The position numbers and the translations under genes are program-made. A DNA stretch of 64,000 nucleotides from Candidatus Hinthialibacteria bacterium OLB16 (GTDB taxonomy: Bacteria > Hinthialibacterota > Hinthialibacteria > OLB16): contig LMZT01000178.1 in the NCBI GenBank assembly GCA_001567115.1, forward strand, positions 4,472 through 68,471, in the 5' to 3' direction. Below the pieces are notes generated by a model. The model searched no databases. It saw nothing but the letters and a program-made list of their open reading frames with translations, and was not told where the DNA came from. This document shows positions 40,716 to 50,259 of the stretch, in pieces (the stretch's first letter is position 1; every line of letters starts with the position of its first letter).

Positions 40716-43292
40716 TCAGGGGACCATTTCAGCCGGATGAGAGGGGATGGCGGTCGGCTGGGGTTGAGCCATCCGTTCCCGTGCCAGATCGCCTAATAAA
40801 GTGTTCGGACTGCTCAGCACAATATCCTCATAAACAGCAGGATTTGAGGGGGTTTCCAGGGCCGCTTTTTCGAACCGGATCCGTTTGACCAGGGTCTGGT
40901 TCCCCGATCTTTCCTCCACCAGACTCCACTGCTGAAGGCCTTCCGCCTTGTGGCCGGATTCAATCTGGATTTTCCCAATCCGGTAATAAATCCAGTCGGT
41001 CAGGTCTGAAGGGCCTAATGCAGCCGCCAGGTTCCGGTAGTTTGTTTCAGATTCCTTCCACTCACCACTTCCTTCGAAGAAGCAGGCCAGGCTGAAGGCC
41101 GCCAGTTTGTCTTCCTCAACCCCGGTCATGTACCTCAAGCGCCAGAGGGCTTCATTCGCCAGACTCTGGCCCGGGTCGGTCGAAAGAACCTTCTGAAAAC
41201 CTTCCCGGGCAGCCCCCCAGTCCCTTTGCCAGAGATTCCATTCAGCCAGCCAGAACATGGCTTCAGCCGCATGGGAACCTCCTTCTTTGAGGATGTCCTC
41301 CAGGAGGGGAATTGCTTTGCTCTTTTCATGGAGCTGGGTATGGGCCATGGCCATCAGAAATGCGTTTTCTCCCTTGTAAGTCGGGACACGATCGATATTC
41401 GGCGTTTCCTTGAGGACAATCAGTGTTTTTCCGGGTTGATAAAGTTCGAGAAAAAGGCGAGCCATGGACAAACCGGCACGGATTTTTTGTTCACCGGTGG
41501 TCTTGGGAAGATTCTTCAGGGTTTGCCAGAGGTTGATGGAGGCGGTGAGATCACCAATGACGGCATTCGACCGGGCCGCAGCCTCGAGCATATTCGGACG
41601 GCCCTTGAGCTGCTCCAGATCCACCGATGCGAAATAACAGCTTGCGAGACGATGCTCTCCCTGCAGGGAAAGATCCAGCCCGATCCCCATCAGATGATTG
41701 CCTTTACGCCCGGGGTCTTTAGCCCAGTAGGCCTTTAATGCCTCGGGTGGGGCGACCAGCCAGGCTTCGAGAACCGGAACCCTGTTCAATTGAAGAGCGA
41801 GTTCGGTCGCCATTTCCACAGCGAAGTCTCGCCATGGGGCTTTGACTGTGTCACTGGCAGCCAAAACCTCATCGAGTTTTGCAGAGAATGTCTCCATCTG
41901 CTGGGTGCGCCGGAGTTGATCCACCAGGCGTTCGGGCGACCAGGTCCCTCCAATTCTCGGCGCCTGCGAGCGCAGCGCCTGATAGGCAGTCAATGCCCCG
42001 GAAACATCTCCCAGCGAAATGGAGACTTCGAGCAGTTCCTGCGAAAAAATCGCCGCCTGACTGGATTTCGCCAGCCCTTGTTTATAGGCTTCGATCGCTT
42101 CTTTGAGAAACCCCTTCCCTTTCAAAAGCCTGCCCCATTGAAGGTAACCCAGGTCTTTACGAGGATCCTGCCCGGGTATTCTGGCCCAGACAGCCAGGGC
42201 CTCCCTGTTCATGCCACGGTCAGCCAGCAGGCTTCCCCAGGCATCCAGGTAACGGCCAGGTGATTCAGTTTCGAGTTCGGAATAGATTTTCGAGGCATCC
42301 TCGATCTTTCCCTGTGAAGCCAGCATACGGGCCGCCTGGAGCCGTTGATCGATATTTCCCCACAGATTTTCACGAATGATCTGGATGGCTTCATCGATGC
42401 GGCCATTTCTTTCCAGAGTGAGCGCTTTGATGGCCAGCCAGTCGCTTTTCCCTTCGGCTGGGACTTCCATGGTTCCAGATAAAATCATCCCGGAAATCAG
42501 GTTCAGAAAATTTGGATCAGAGGCATCTTCCAGAAACCCGGACCACTGGGCGCGCATCACGGAAGGATTGTCTTTGAACCCGGTTTGAAGCAGGAAGCGT
42601 GCAATCTCCTTCTTGCCCGCCTTGAATGCAGCCCTTGAAAACTGAGTCCACAGGGTCGTGCCGCCATCCTCAAGCATCGAGGGCAGGATCTTCCACTGAT
42701 TATCGGAAAGAGCCTGCTGTTCAGCCGCCGAAACCAGGCTCTGGGCCACTGTCACTTTGAGCCTGGGATCACCATTCCGATAAAGATCGAGGAGGATCTG
42801 GACCGCTTCTGTATTTCGAAGGCAGGCCAGCAGAAGATCGGCATAGACCAGGTGAAGCTGGGTCACAGTCGATGAATAGGGTGGATCCAGTTCATCCAGG
42901 GGTGTCAGCTGGCTTTCCAGCAGCTGGGCGGCATCGGCACTCTGGCCGAGAGATTTCAACACCGACAGCTCGAGGGTCAGCATTTCGGTTGGGTCGATTT
43001 CCTGTTCCCAGCCCTCCATGTTCCGGATCGAATCGATCTGCACCCGGGCCTCCTCAACCAAACCGGTTTCCAGCATCGCTCGCGCTTCCAGGAAGAGGAA
43101 ACGCGGGGTGAGCATGGAGGGATCCCCGATCTGGCGCAGTGTGGTTAATGACTGCAAGGCTTCCCTGGACCGGCCGACAGACAGCAGCCTTTCGATGCCA
43201 TCTGTCAGATCTGCCTGGGACTGAGCTCCGGGGATTGGGATATTCAGCAGAACAAGGGCCAGTGCAACAAAAGTGAACCGGATATGATTCAT
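40716..43292 (-). CDS. Exported TPR-repeat protein
   Basis: 858 aa with signal peptide MNHIRFTFVALALVLLNIPIPGAQS. An all-helical repeat sequence with many A..Y/W...G..... TPR-like units. Confidence 0.75.
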   Translation of the reverse strand: MNHIRFTFVALALVLLNIPIPGAQSQADLTDGIERLLSVGRSREALQSLTTLRQIGDPSMLTPRFLFLEARAMLETGLVEEARVQIDSIRNMEGWEQEIDPTEMLTLELSVLKSLGQSADAAQLLESQLTPLDELDPPYSSTVTQLHLVYADLLLACLRNTEAVQILLDLYRNGDPRLKVTVAQSLVSAAEQQALSDNQWKILPSMLEDGGTTLWTQFSRAAFKAGKKEIARFLLQTGFKDNPSVMRAQWSGFLEDASDPNFLNLISGMILSGTMEVPAEGKSDWLAIKALTLERNGRIDEAIQIIRENLWGNIDQRLQAARMLASQGKIEDASKIYSELETESPGRYLDAWGSLLADRGMNREALAVWARIPGQDPRKDLGYLQWGRLLKGKGFLKEAIEAYKQGLAKSSQAAIFSQELLEVSISLGDVSGALTAYQALRSQAPRIGGTWSPERLVDQLRRTQQMETFSAKLDEVLAASDTVKAPWRDFAVEMATELALQLNRVPVLEAWLVAPPEALKAYWAKDPGRKGNHLMGIGLDLSLQGEHRLASCYFASVDLEQLKGRPNMLEAAARSNAVIGDLTASINLWQTLKNLPKTTGEQKIRAGLSMARLFLELYQPGKTLIVLKETPNIDRVPTYKGENAFLMAMAHTQLHEKSKAIPLLEDILKEGGSHAAEAMFWLAEWNLWQRDWGAAREGFQKVLSTDPGQSLANEALWRLRYMTGVEEDKLAAFSLACFFEGSGEWKESETNYRNLAAALGPSDLTDWIYYRIGKIQIESGHKAEGLQQWSLVEERSGNQTLVKRIRFEKAALETPSNPAVYEDIVLSSPNTLLGDLARERMAQPQPTAIPSHPAEMVP

Positions 43293-43344
43293 ACCGCTGA
43301 TTGATTTCTCCTGTCGTGAGTGTTTGATCCTGTGAATGAGCGGC

Positions 43345-43680
43345 TCAGGCTTCAGGAACCTGGCCTCCCGGATACATGCCAGTTATCCGATAAATCCAGG
43401 TTCGAATCTTCTCATTCGCCGGATCGAGCGAGACAGCCCGAAACAAGGCTTCACGCGCCTGGGGTCCTTCATTCAGTTTAAAGTGGCAGCTGCCGATCAG
43501 GAAGTGGATGTGTGCATTGGCAGGTTCAAAAGCAACTGCCGCACGATAACGCTCCAAGGCTTCACTCCACTTCTTTTCCCTGGCCAGTCCATCCCCTTCT
43601 TTAAGAAGGTCGGCAACCCCGAGGCTGACACTGGCCTGAACCGGCTCCTCTGAAGCATTCGTGTGGGTTTCAGTCGACAC
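43345..43680 (-). CDS. Small TPR-repeat protein
   Basis: 111 aa. WSEALERYRAAVAFEPANAHIHFLIGSCHFKLNEGPQAREALFRAVSLDP is TPR-like. It is co-oriented with the large TPR gene. Confidence 0.6.
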   Translation of the reverse strand: MSTETHTNASEEPVQASVSLGVADLLKEGDGLAREKKWSEALERYRAAVAFEPANAHIHFLIGSCHFKLNEGPQAREALFRAVSLDPANEKIRTWIYRITGMYPGGQVPEA

Positions 43681-43760
43681 AAGTTCACTCCTCCTGTTTC
43701 TGATGATAAACAGAAATTTTCTGAAGGCAATTCCGGCTGCAGCCTGCCGGGCCAGGGTGC

Positions 43761-44742
43761 TCAGATTTTGAGGTATTTTTCAAAGAAGGCGATGAGAGTC
43801 GGCAGGTCGATAACATGACGCACCCTCATGGACTGCCAGACTCACCCTGTCCTCCGCCCCGAGATCCTTATAGATCAGTTTAATCTCTTCCATCGCCTCC
43901 CGGGCCAGGGGTACAGTAAAATCGGTGGCGGGTTCCTGGAGACCGTTCTGGCACATCAAAGCCCGAGGGGCGATCAGACTGTAGATATCCGCCCAATCGG
44001 CTAACCCCCGCAGTCCCTCGAATTTCCAGCAGGGGCAGTGCCCTTCCTCCATCTGATCCATTCGGGTCAGGAACCCGGAACTGGCCACCGCACTGATGCG
44101 CTCATCCATGGCTCCCAGCCACATCGCCATCTCTCCCCCGAGTGACAAGCCTGCGCAACCGATCCTTGAAGGATCCACTTCGGGCATGGCAACCAGCAGG
44201 TCTACCGAACGAATCAGATCCCACAACCTCTCCCCCATCAATGTCCGGCCTTCCTCATAGACCTCATGCTGGCCGACATCAACCGCAACAGTAACAACGC
44301 CGCGTTTGGCCAGTTCTGCAGCAAATGCGTTGTAGATCCCTTCCTGGTAGGTCGAGAAACGGTCCCCGCCATGCCCATGGATGCAGACCACTGCGGGATG
44401 CCTGGCAGTTGAATCGGATGGGAGAGTGAGGATGGCATGGATGCGTCGGTTGGCTGTGGTCTGAAAACCAATTTCCTGAAACAAATAACCTTCCCGGGTG
44501 GTGGCCGTGATCACCGCACTGGCAAATGCGACCCGATGCCCGGATTGGACCAGATCCTCGAGCTTGAGCAGTTCATAAAACTCGGTGCGAAGGTTTTTCT
44601 GCCAGGCCCGTGCCTCCTCGGGAGACCGTGGCGTGTAGCGCATGCTGCGCAGGACCTCTGCAGGCGAAGAGGCCGGGAATGAGGCCAGAAGAGCCAGGAA
44701 AAGTATCGGCAGATAGAAAGCCCTGAGGTGGTATTCAAACAT
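43761..44742 (-). pseudogene. Alpha/beta hydrolase (dienelactone-hydrolase/esterase-like), last ~20 codons out of frame near 43819-43824
   Basis: I trimmed ORF 43780..44859 to the ATG at 44742 (signal peptide MFEYHLRAFYLPILFLALLASF). It has a GLSLGGEMA nucleophile elbow. After ...LAVHEG the adjacent frame reads RHVIDLPTLIAFFEKYLKI* (stop at 43761-43763), a typical esterase C-terminus that includes the probable catalytic His. Confidence 0.68.
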
Positions 44743-44970
44743 CCTTGTCTTGTCCTCCCCCTGGCGGATTTTACAGCCGGATCGAGCCAGTAGAAACCAT
44801 AGTGCGTTCCGGAATATGGATTGACAAGAGAGGCTGCCCACTGGCACGAGAAGCGGCACCAGCCTCCGGGAGAGAGATGACTCTCCGCCCGATGGAACCC
44901 ACTTGATCCTTCTTTACTTCTCAATCAACCTAAGGCATTCATTGAGATATGACTTTTAAGGAGAAAAATC

Positions 44971-45486
44971 ATGTCCCTGTCCGATGCAGATATCAAGAAG
45001 ATTCTAGACCAGGCTGAGGTGGGAGCTTTGAAAGAACCCTCACTGCTTCGCGCCAACTCCAAAGGTGAGAAACAGACCACCAAAATGCACATTGTTGTGG
45101 TCGATCGCTCCGGCCGGATTGTCGGCCAAAGGTCCATGGGCGATGCCTGGCTGGGCAGCATCCACATCGCCCGTGCCAAGGCATTCACCGCACTCGCTTT
45201 CAGCAGCAATGAAAACGCCCTCACCACACGCTCCATCGGTCTGTTGTCACAACCCGGAGGGCCACTCTGGCAGATCGGCAGCAGCAATGTGGGCGACGGA
45301 ATCATCGAATTTCCCGGAGGCCTTCCGGTCTACAAAGAAGGGGTGCTGGTGGGCGCCATCGGTGTCAGCGGTGATGGGGTTGAAGAGGATGAAAATGTCG
45401 CTGAAGCAGGCGCCAGGGGATTTGAGCCTCCAGCCGCTATCAGAATCGACACAGTCACAGCGGGAGCAGTGGCTTACACAAAATAG
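44971..45486 (+). CDS. GlcG/HbpS-like (DUF336) heme-binding protein
   Basis: 171 aa. HIVVVDRSGRIV...IARAKAFTALAF...GGLPVYKEGVLVGAIGVSG. An AAGGAG RBS precedes the ATG. Confidence 0.78.
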   Translation: MSLSDADIKKILDQAEVGALKEPSLLRANSKGEKQTTKMHIVVVDRSGRIVGQRSMGDAWLGSIHIARAKAFTALAFSSNENALTTRSIGLLSQPGGPLWQIGSSNVGDGIIEFPGGLPVYKEGVLVGAIGVSGDGVEEDENVAEAGARGFEPPAAIRIDTVTAGAVAYTK

Positions 45487-45565
45487 AGAATGGCCACCGT
45501 GAAGGGGCATCACCTGAGTGGACCCCCTTTGCCAAGCTGAGATTAACTTACTGAGGAATTGAAGA

Positions 45566-46903
45566 ATGCCATATACTCCCCATACGGACCTGGATATCCA
45601 GGAAATGCTGCAGCTGATCGGGCTGTCCTCAATTGAGGATCTTTTCGAGGAGATTCCTGAGTCGATCCGCAAGCCATCAATTCAGGTTCAAGCACCGAAA
45701 ACAGAGGAAGAAATTCGTCGGGTCATCGATCATTTATCCGGCCTCAACCATCCCGCTGGAGAGTCTATCTCTTTTCTGGGGGGAGGAGCCTATGAGCGCA
45801 TCCGCCCCAGCATTATCGATCGGCTGATTTCGAGAAGCGAATTCTGCACCTCCTACACCCCATACCAGGCTGAGGTGAGCCAGGGAACGCTTCAGTTCAT
45901 TTTTGAATTTCAGTCACTGATCACGCGGCTGACCGGAATGGAGGCCACCAATGCCTCCATGTATGATGGCGCTTCGGCACTGGCTGAAGCCGCTCTGATG
46001 GCTCTTCGGATCAACCATCGGGGGAAACTCCTGGTGGCTGGCTCGATCCATCCACGCTGGAAACAGGCGCTTAAAACCTACCTGACCGGCATGGATGCCG
46101 TGATCGAAGAAATCCCGATGAAATCTGGGACTCTCGATCTCGAGTGGCTTGCCGGCGCGGTCGATTCACAAACCTCCTCTGTCGCCATTCAGTCACCGAA
46201 TTTTTTCGGTTTCCTCGAGGATCTTGAGAAGATCGGCGAGATCATCAAACCCAGCGGAGCGGTGTGGATTCAGGCTTCGGATCCAGTATCCCTGGCCCTG
46301 CTGAAAACTCCCGGGGAGTGGGGAGCCGATATCGCCATCGGTGAGCTGCAGTCCCTCGGGCTGCCGCTTTCTTATGGCGGACCTTACGCGGGGTATTTCG
46401 CGGTGCGTTATAAAGATATCCGCCAGATGCCGGGAAGGCTGGTTGGAAAAACGGTCGATTCGGATGGGAAGCCTGGATATGTCCTGACCCTGCAGACCCG
46501 TGAGCAGCATATCCGCCGGGATAAAGCCACATCCAATATCTGCACCAACCAATCCCTGTGCGCCCTGGCCGCCAGTATTTACATGGCCACCCTGGGCCCC
46601 TCCGGCCTCAAAGAGGTGGCGCAGCAGAATTTCGATAAAGCCCATTACCTCGCTGAAAAATTGACCCGGATCCCCGGCTTCCAGATGCTCTCGGAGGCTC
46701 CCTTCTTCAATGAGTTTACCCTGGTTCTCCCAGGCAAGGCTTCCGAGGTGGCCGCACGCCTGCGAAATCAGGGGATCCTGGCAGGGATTCATGATGCTCA
46801 CTGGACAGGAGATCCCAGATACCTGGTTCTGTGTGTGACCGAAACCAAGTCCCTGGAGGATCTCGATCACGCTGCTGAAGCCTTTCGCGAGGCGATCCGT
46901 TGA
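45566..46903 (+). CDS. gcvPA: Glycine dehydrogenase (aminomethyl-transferring) subunit 1
   Basis: 445 aa. MPYTPHTDLDIQEMLQLIGLSSIEDLFEEIP, YTPYQAEVSQGTLQ. Confidence 0.93.
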   Translation: MPYTPHTDLDIQEMLQLIGLSSIEDLFEEIPESIRKPSIQVQAPKTEEEIRRVIDHLSGLNHPAGESISFLGGGAYERIRPSIIDRLISRSEFCTSYTPYQAEVSQGTLQFIFEFQSLITRLTGMEATNASMYDGASALAEAALMALRINHRGKLLVAGSIHPRWKQALKTYLTGMDAVIEEIPMKSGTLDLEWLAGAVDSQTSSVAIQSPNFFGFLEDLEKIGEIIKPSGAVWIQASDPVSLALLKTPGEWGADIAIGELQSLGLPLSYGGPYAGYFAVRYKDIRQMPGRLVGKTVDSDGKPGYVLTLQTREQHIRRDKATSNICTNQSLCALAASIYMATLGPSGLKEVAQQNFDKAHYLAEKLTRIPGFQMLSEAPFFNEFTLVLPGKASEVAARLRNQGILAGIHDAHWTGDPRYLVLCVTETKSLEDLDHAAEAFREAIR

Positions 46904-46908
46904 ATAAA

Positions 46909-48386
46909 ATGTCCTGTTCATTCTGGCTGACCAGTTCCGCTGGGACTGCCTCGGTGCAGCAGGGAATCCAGTCATTCAAACTCCGAACCTGGATCATCTG
47001 GCGCATGAAGGGGTGCTGTTCAAGAACTGTTTTGTCCAGACCAATCCCTGCGGCCCGAGCCGGATGTGCATCTATAACAGCCGCTACCTGTGTTCGACAC
47101 GCGCCCTGACCAATGAGACCCCCCTGCGTGATGCGGAGGAAAACCTTGGAATGCACCTCCAGGATGCCGGATATAACCCCGGGCTGATCGGATATAACGA
47201 TTATGTTCGTGATCCGGCGACACTTCCTCATGGGCACCCCCAGAAGACCACTCCCTGCTATGACAATGTGCTGCCCGGTTTTGACTGGATCCTGTTTCAT
47301 GATGAATACACCAGCCCGCAATACCTCCAGTGGCTGCGTGAAAAGGGTTATCCAGAAGGCATCCTCGACCGAATCCGCATCAGCCTGCCCGATGTTCCAC
47401 CAGAGGGACCGGGAGAACACCTGCCTCTGTGTTTCCCTGCCCATTACAAGGCAGAAGACAGCGAGGCGCGATTCGTCACCGGCATTGCGACCGACTGGAT
47501 CTCCAGGCGGAAGGGATGCGGCTGGTTCCTCAGCCTGAATTACATCAAACCTCACTCCCCACGCATTTGCCCTTCCCCATACCATGACATGTACGCCCCC
47601 CGGAGGATGCCAGAAGCCAACCGCCGGCCTGGAGAGCTCGATAAACCTCACCCGTATTACCAGCTGATGGCAGCGGAAAAGCAGCTCGAAAACGACAGCC
47701 ACCTGAGGGAAACACGCGCCAATTATTATGGGATGATTTCAGAGCTGGATGCCTGCCTCGGCACTCTTTTCGAGTTTCTAAAGACCTCGGGGGAATGGGA
47801 TCACACCCTGATCGTTTTTTCATCGGATCATGGGGATTATCTTGGGGATCATTACCTGCTTGACAAGGCGCATTTCTTCGATGAAACCATGCATGTTCCT
47901 CTGATTGTCCGGGATCCCTCCCCGGAAGCGGATGGAACCCGGGGAACTCAACTGGAAGGGCTGGTGGAGTCGATCGATATCGCACCTACCCTGCTTGATT
48001 TTCTCGGCAGGCCGAAACCCGACCGTTTTCAGGGGAGCAGCCTGCTGCCGGCTGTCCGTCAGGCGGTGCCGTGGCAAGGCAAAGAGTCGATCCACTTCGA
48101 AGCGGACTTCAGAACCCGTTCAACAGTTCCTCCAGGGCTCCACCCGGATGAATGCCTGTTCTGGGTCATCCGGGATCACCAATACAAGTATGTCCAGTTT
48201 GCTTCGCCAGCCATGCCGCCACTTCTTTTCGACCTGCAGAAAGATCCCGGTGAATTTGACAACCAGGCGGATAATCCCGGCAATTCTGCAATCGTGGCCG
48301 ATTACTGCCAGCAGATGCTCCGCTGGCGGATGCGCTTCGAAGACCAGCGCATGGAACATTGGGCCGCAAACCATCGCAGGCGTTAA
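46909..48386 (+). pseudogene. Sulfatase (formylglycine-type, CxPSR), no in-frame start; the frame appears broken just after the ATG at 46909
   Basis: The sulfatase frame is open from a TAA at 46905-46907 and reads NVLFILADQFRWDCLGAAGNPVIQTPNLDHLAHEGVLFKNCFVQTNPCGPSR.... It has no ATG, GTG or TTG before 47013. The only nearby ATG (46909) is in another frame. Confidence 0.78.
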
Positions 48387-48539
48387 CTTTTCAGGCTGGT
48401 TCACCCTTATTGGCTGAAGAGGTATCGGGCTGGAACGTTACATCCATCAGCCTTTTTCCGTTTTGCTTGATGTAATGAAAAAAACTGTCGCAGACAGTTC
48501 AACAGGAAGATCGAAGCATCGATCAAGGAGAAAAAAACA

Positions 48540-50180
48540 ATGAAGAAATTGTCAGCTATAGCAGTCTGTTTGTTTCTGGCATTCCTTTTGATCCCTCAGG
48601 CACCGGCACAGGATCAGAAAACCATCCTCCATCAAATCTCGGATGCCCAGGCGGGAATCTATGAGCGGGTCGGCCCTTCAGTAGTCCGGCTCATCACCAG
48701 CCGCGCCCACCCCGACATTGATGCGATGAAAGATAATCCGATGGCCCCATTCCTCGATCCCAAGAACTGGGAAGGGACACCCTTCGAATTCTATTTCCAG
48801 GGACCGGATGGTGAGAAGAAAATCCACCGGTTTGATAACCGGAAAGGCCAGGACGATTCAGAGAATGAGAATGAGGATGAGGGTCAAAGTGAAGGAAAGT
48901 CCCCATTCCATGTCAATGGAATCGGCTCCGGTATCGTGTACAAAGTTGACAGCGATGCCGCATGGATCGTCACCAACAACCATGTCATCGGGGATGCGGA
49001 ACGCCTGGATATTGAATTCAAGGATGTCAACCCGATCACGGAGTTCGATCTGATCTCTGATCCCGGCGATCCCAAGCGGAATGCTTTTCTTGACAAGAAA
49101 TCCGACCTGGCTGTCATCCGGCTGAGCAAGGATGTTCTGGGAGACAGGCAGCTTGTCGCTGTTCCGCTCGGTGATTCAGATGCGCTGAAAGTTGGTGAAA
49201 TCGTCTTCACACTGGGTTCGCCATTGAATCGTGAACAGACTTTCAGCCAGGGCATCCTGAGTGCAAAAGACCGAAGTGGTGTCTTCCCGGACCAGTCTGA
49301 CAAAGAGATTCGATATGAGGGATTTCTCCAGACAACCGCCTTTATCAATGTTGGAAACAGCGGCGGGCCACTGCTCAATGTGGATGGTGAGGTGGTTGGG
49401 ATCGATGTCGCCATCCAGACCGCAGGCGGCTTTTCGAATGGGTTTGTCGGAATCGGATTCGCAATCCCATCCAACCGTGTCAAGGAAGTTGTCGGATCAC
49501 TGATGGACAAGGGAAAAGTGGTTCGGGGTTATCTCGGTGTGCTGATCGGCCAGCCAAGCATCAGTTCAGCGCAGTATTTCAACCTCCCACCCAAGAGTGG
49601 AGCCGAGGTTGTCGAGGTGTATCAGGAAACACCAGCGGAAAAAGGCGGCCTCAAGAAAAAAGACATTATCCTTTCCTTCAATGGAACACCGGTTCATGGA
49701 ACCACTCACTTCCAGGAAATGGTCGCACGCGCCCCGGTGAACCAGACCGCCAAAGTTGAGGTGCTGCGGAGTGGCCAGAAAGTTCAGCTGGATGTGCCGG
49801 TCGAAGAACAGCCGGAACAGCCGGTGGCTCGAGTCTCGGGCGGTGAAGGAATGATCCCTGAACTGGGCGCCACGCTGAAGGGGCCGGATGAAGAAGAGGC
49901 CCGGTATTACAAGGATGCCGGCAATTTCGAGGGAGTGATTGTCAGTGAAGTTGATCCGGAGGGGCCTCTGGCACGAAAGATCCCCAAAGGCGCTCTGATC
50001 ACCGCGATTGAAAAGACCAAAGTCACCTCTGTCGATCAGGTCAAGGAGCTGCTCGAGAAAATCATCGATGCGAAGAGCGGCCGCCGGGATATTCTGGTCA
50101 TGGTCAACTTTGTTCCCAACTCGAGTGAAAACGCCGAAGAGTTTGTGATCGTGAAACTGGAAAGACCGAAGGGCAAGTAA
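48540..50180 (+). CDS. htrA: Periplasmic serine endoprotease, HtrA/DegP family, with two PDZ domains
   Basis: 546 aa with a signal peptide. The His region is TNNHVI, the catalytic Ser region is GNSGGPLLNVDGEVVGI, and there are two PDZ-like C-terminal segments. Confidence 0.9.
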   Translation: MKKLSAIAVCLFLAFLLIPQAPAQDQKTILHQISDAQAGIYERVGPSVVRLITSRAHPDIDAMKDNPMAPFLDPKNWEGTPFEFYFQGPDGEKKIHRFDNRKGQDDSENENEDEGQSEGKSPFHVNGIGSGIVYKVDSDAAWIVTNNHVIGDAERLDIEFKDVNPITEFDLISDPGDPKRNAFLDKKSDLAVIRLSKDVLGDRQLVAVPLGDSDALKVGEIVFTLGSPLNREQTFSQGILSAKDRSGVFPDQSDKEIRYEGFLQTTAFINVGNSGGPLLNVDGEVVGIDVAIQTAGGFSNGFVGIGFAIPSNRVKEVVGSLMDKGKVVRGYLGVLIGQPSISSAQYFNLPPKSGAEVVEVYQETPAEKGGLKKKDIILSFNGTPVHGTTHFQEMVARAPVNQTAKVEVLRSGQKVQLDVPVEEQPEQPVARVSGGEGMIPELGATLKGPDEEEARYYKDAGNFEGVIVSEVDPEGPLARKIPKGALITAIEKTKVTSVDQVKELLEKIIDAKSGRRDILVMVNFVPNSSENAEEFVIVKLERPKGK

Positions 50181-50208
50181 AAAATCAGACCCACCTGATG
50201 CAGGCAGG

Positions 50209-50240
50209 GAAAGGGGCGGCCAGAAATGACCGCCCCTTTC
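50209..50240. terminator. Intrinsic terminator hairpin between convergent htrA and the sugar-isomerase gene
   Basis: Perfect 11-bp stem GAAAGGGGCGG/CCGCCCCTTTC (50209-50219 and 50230-50240) with a 10-nt loop. A T7 run follows about 15 nt later on the plus strand. Confidence 0.6.
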
Positions 50241-50259
50241 TCATGAAAGCCAATTTTTT

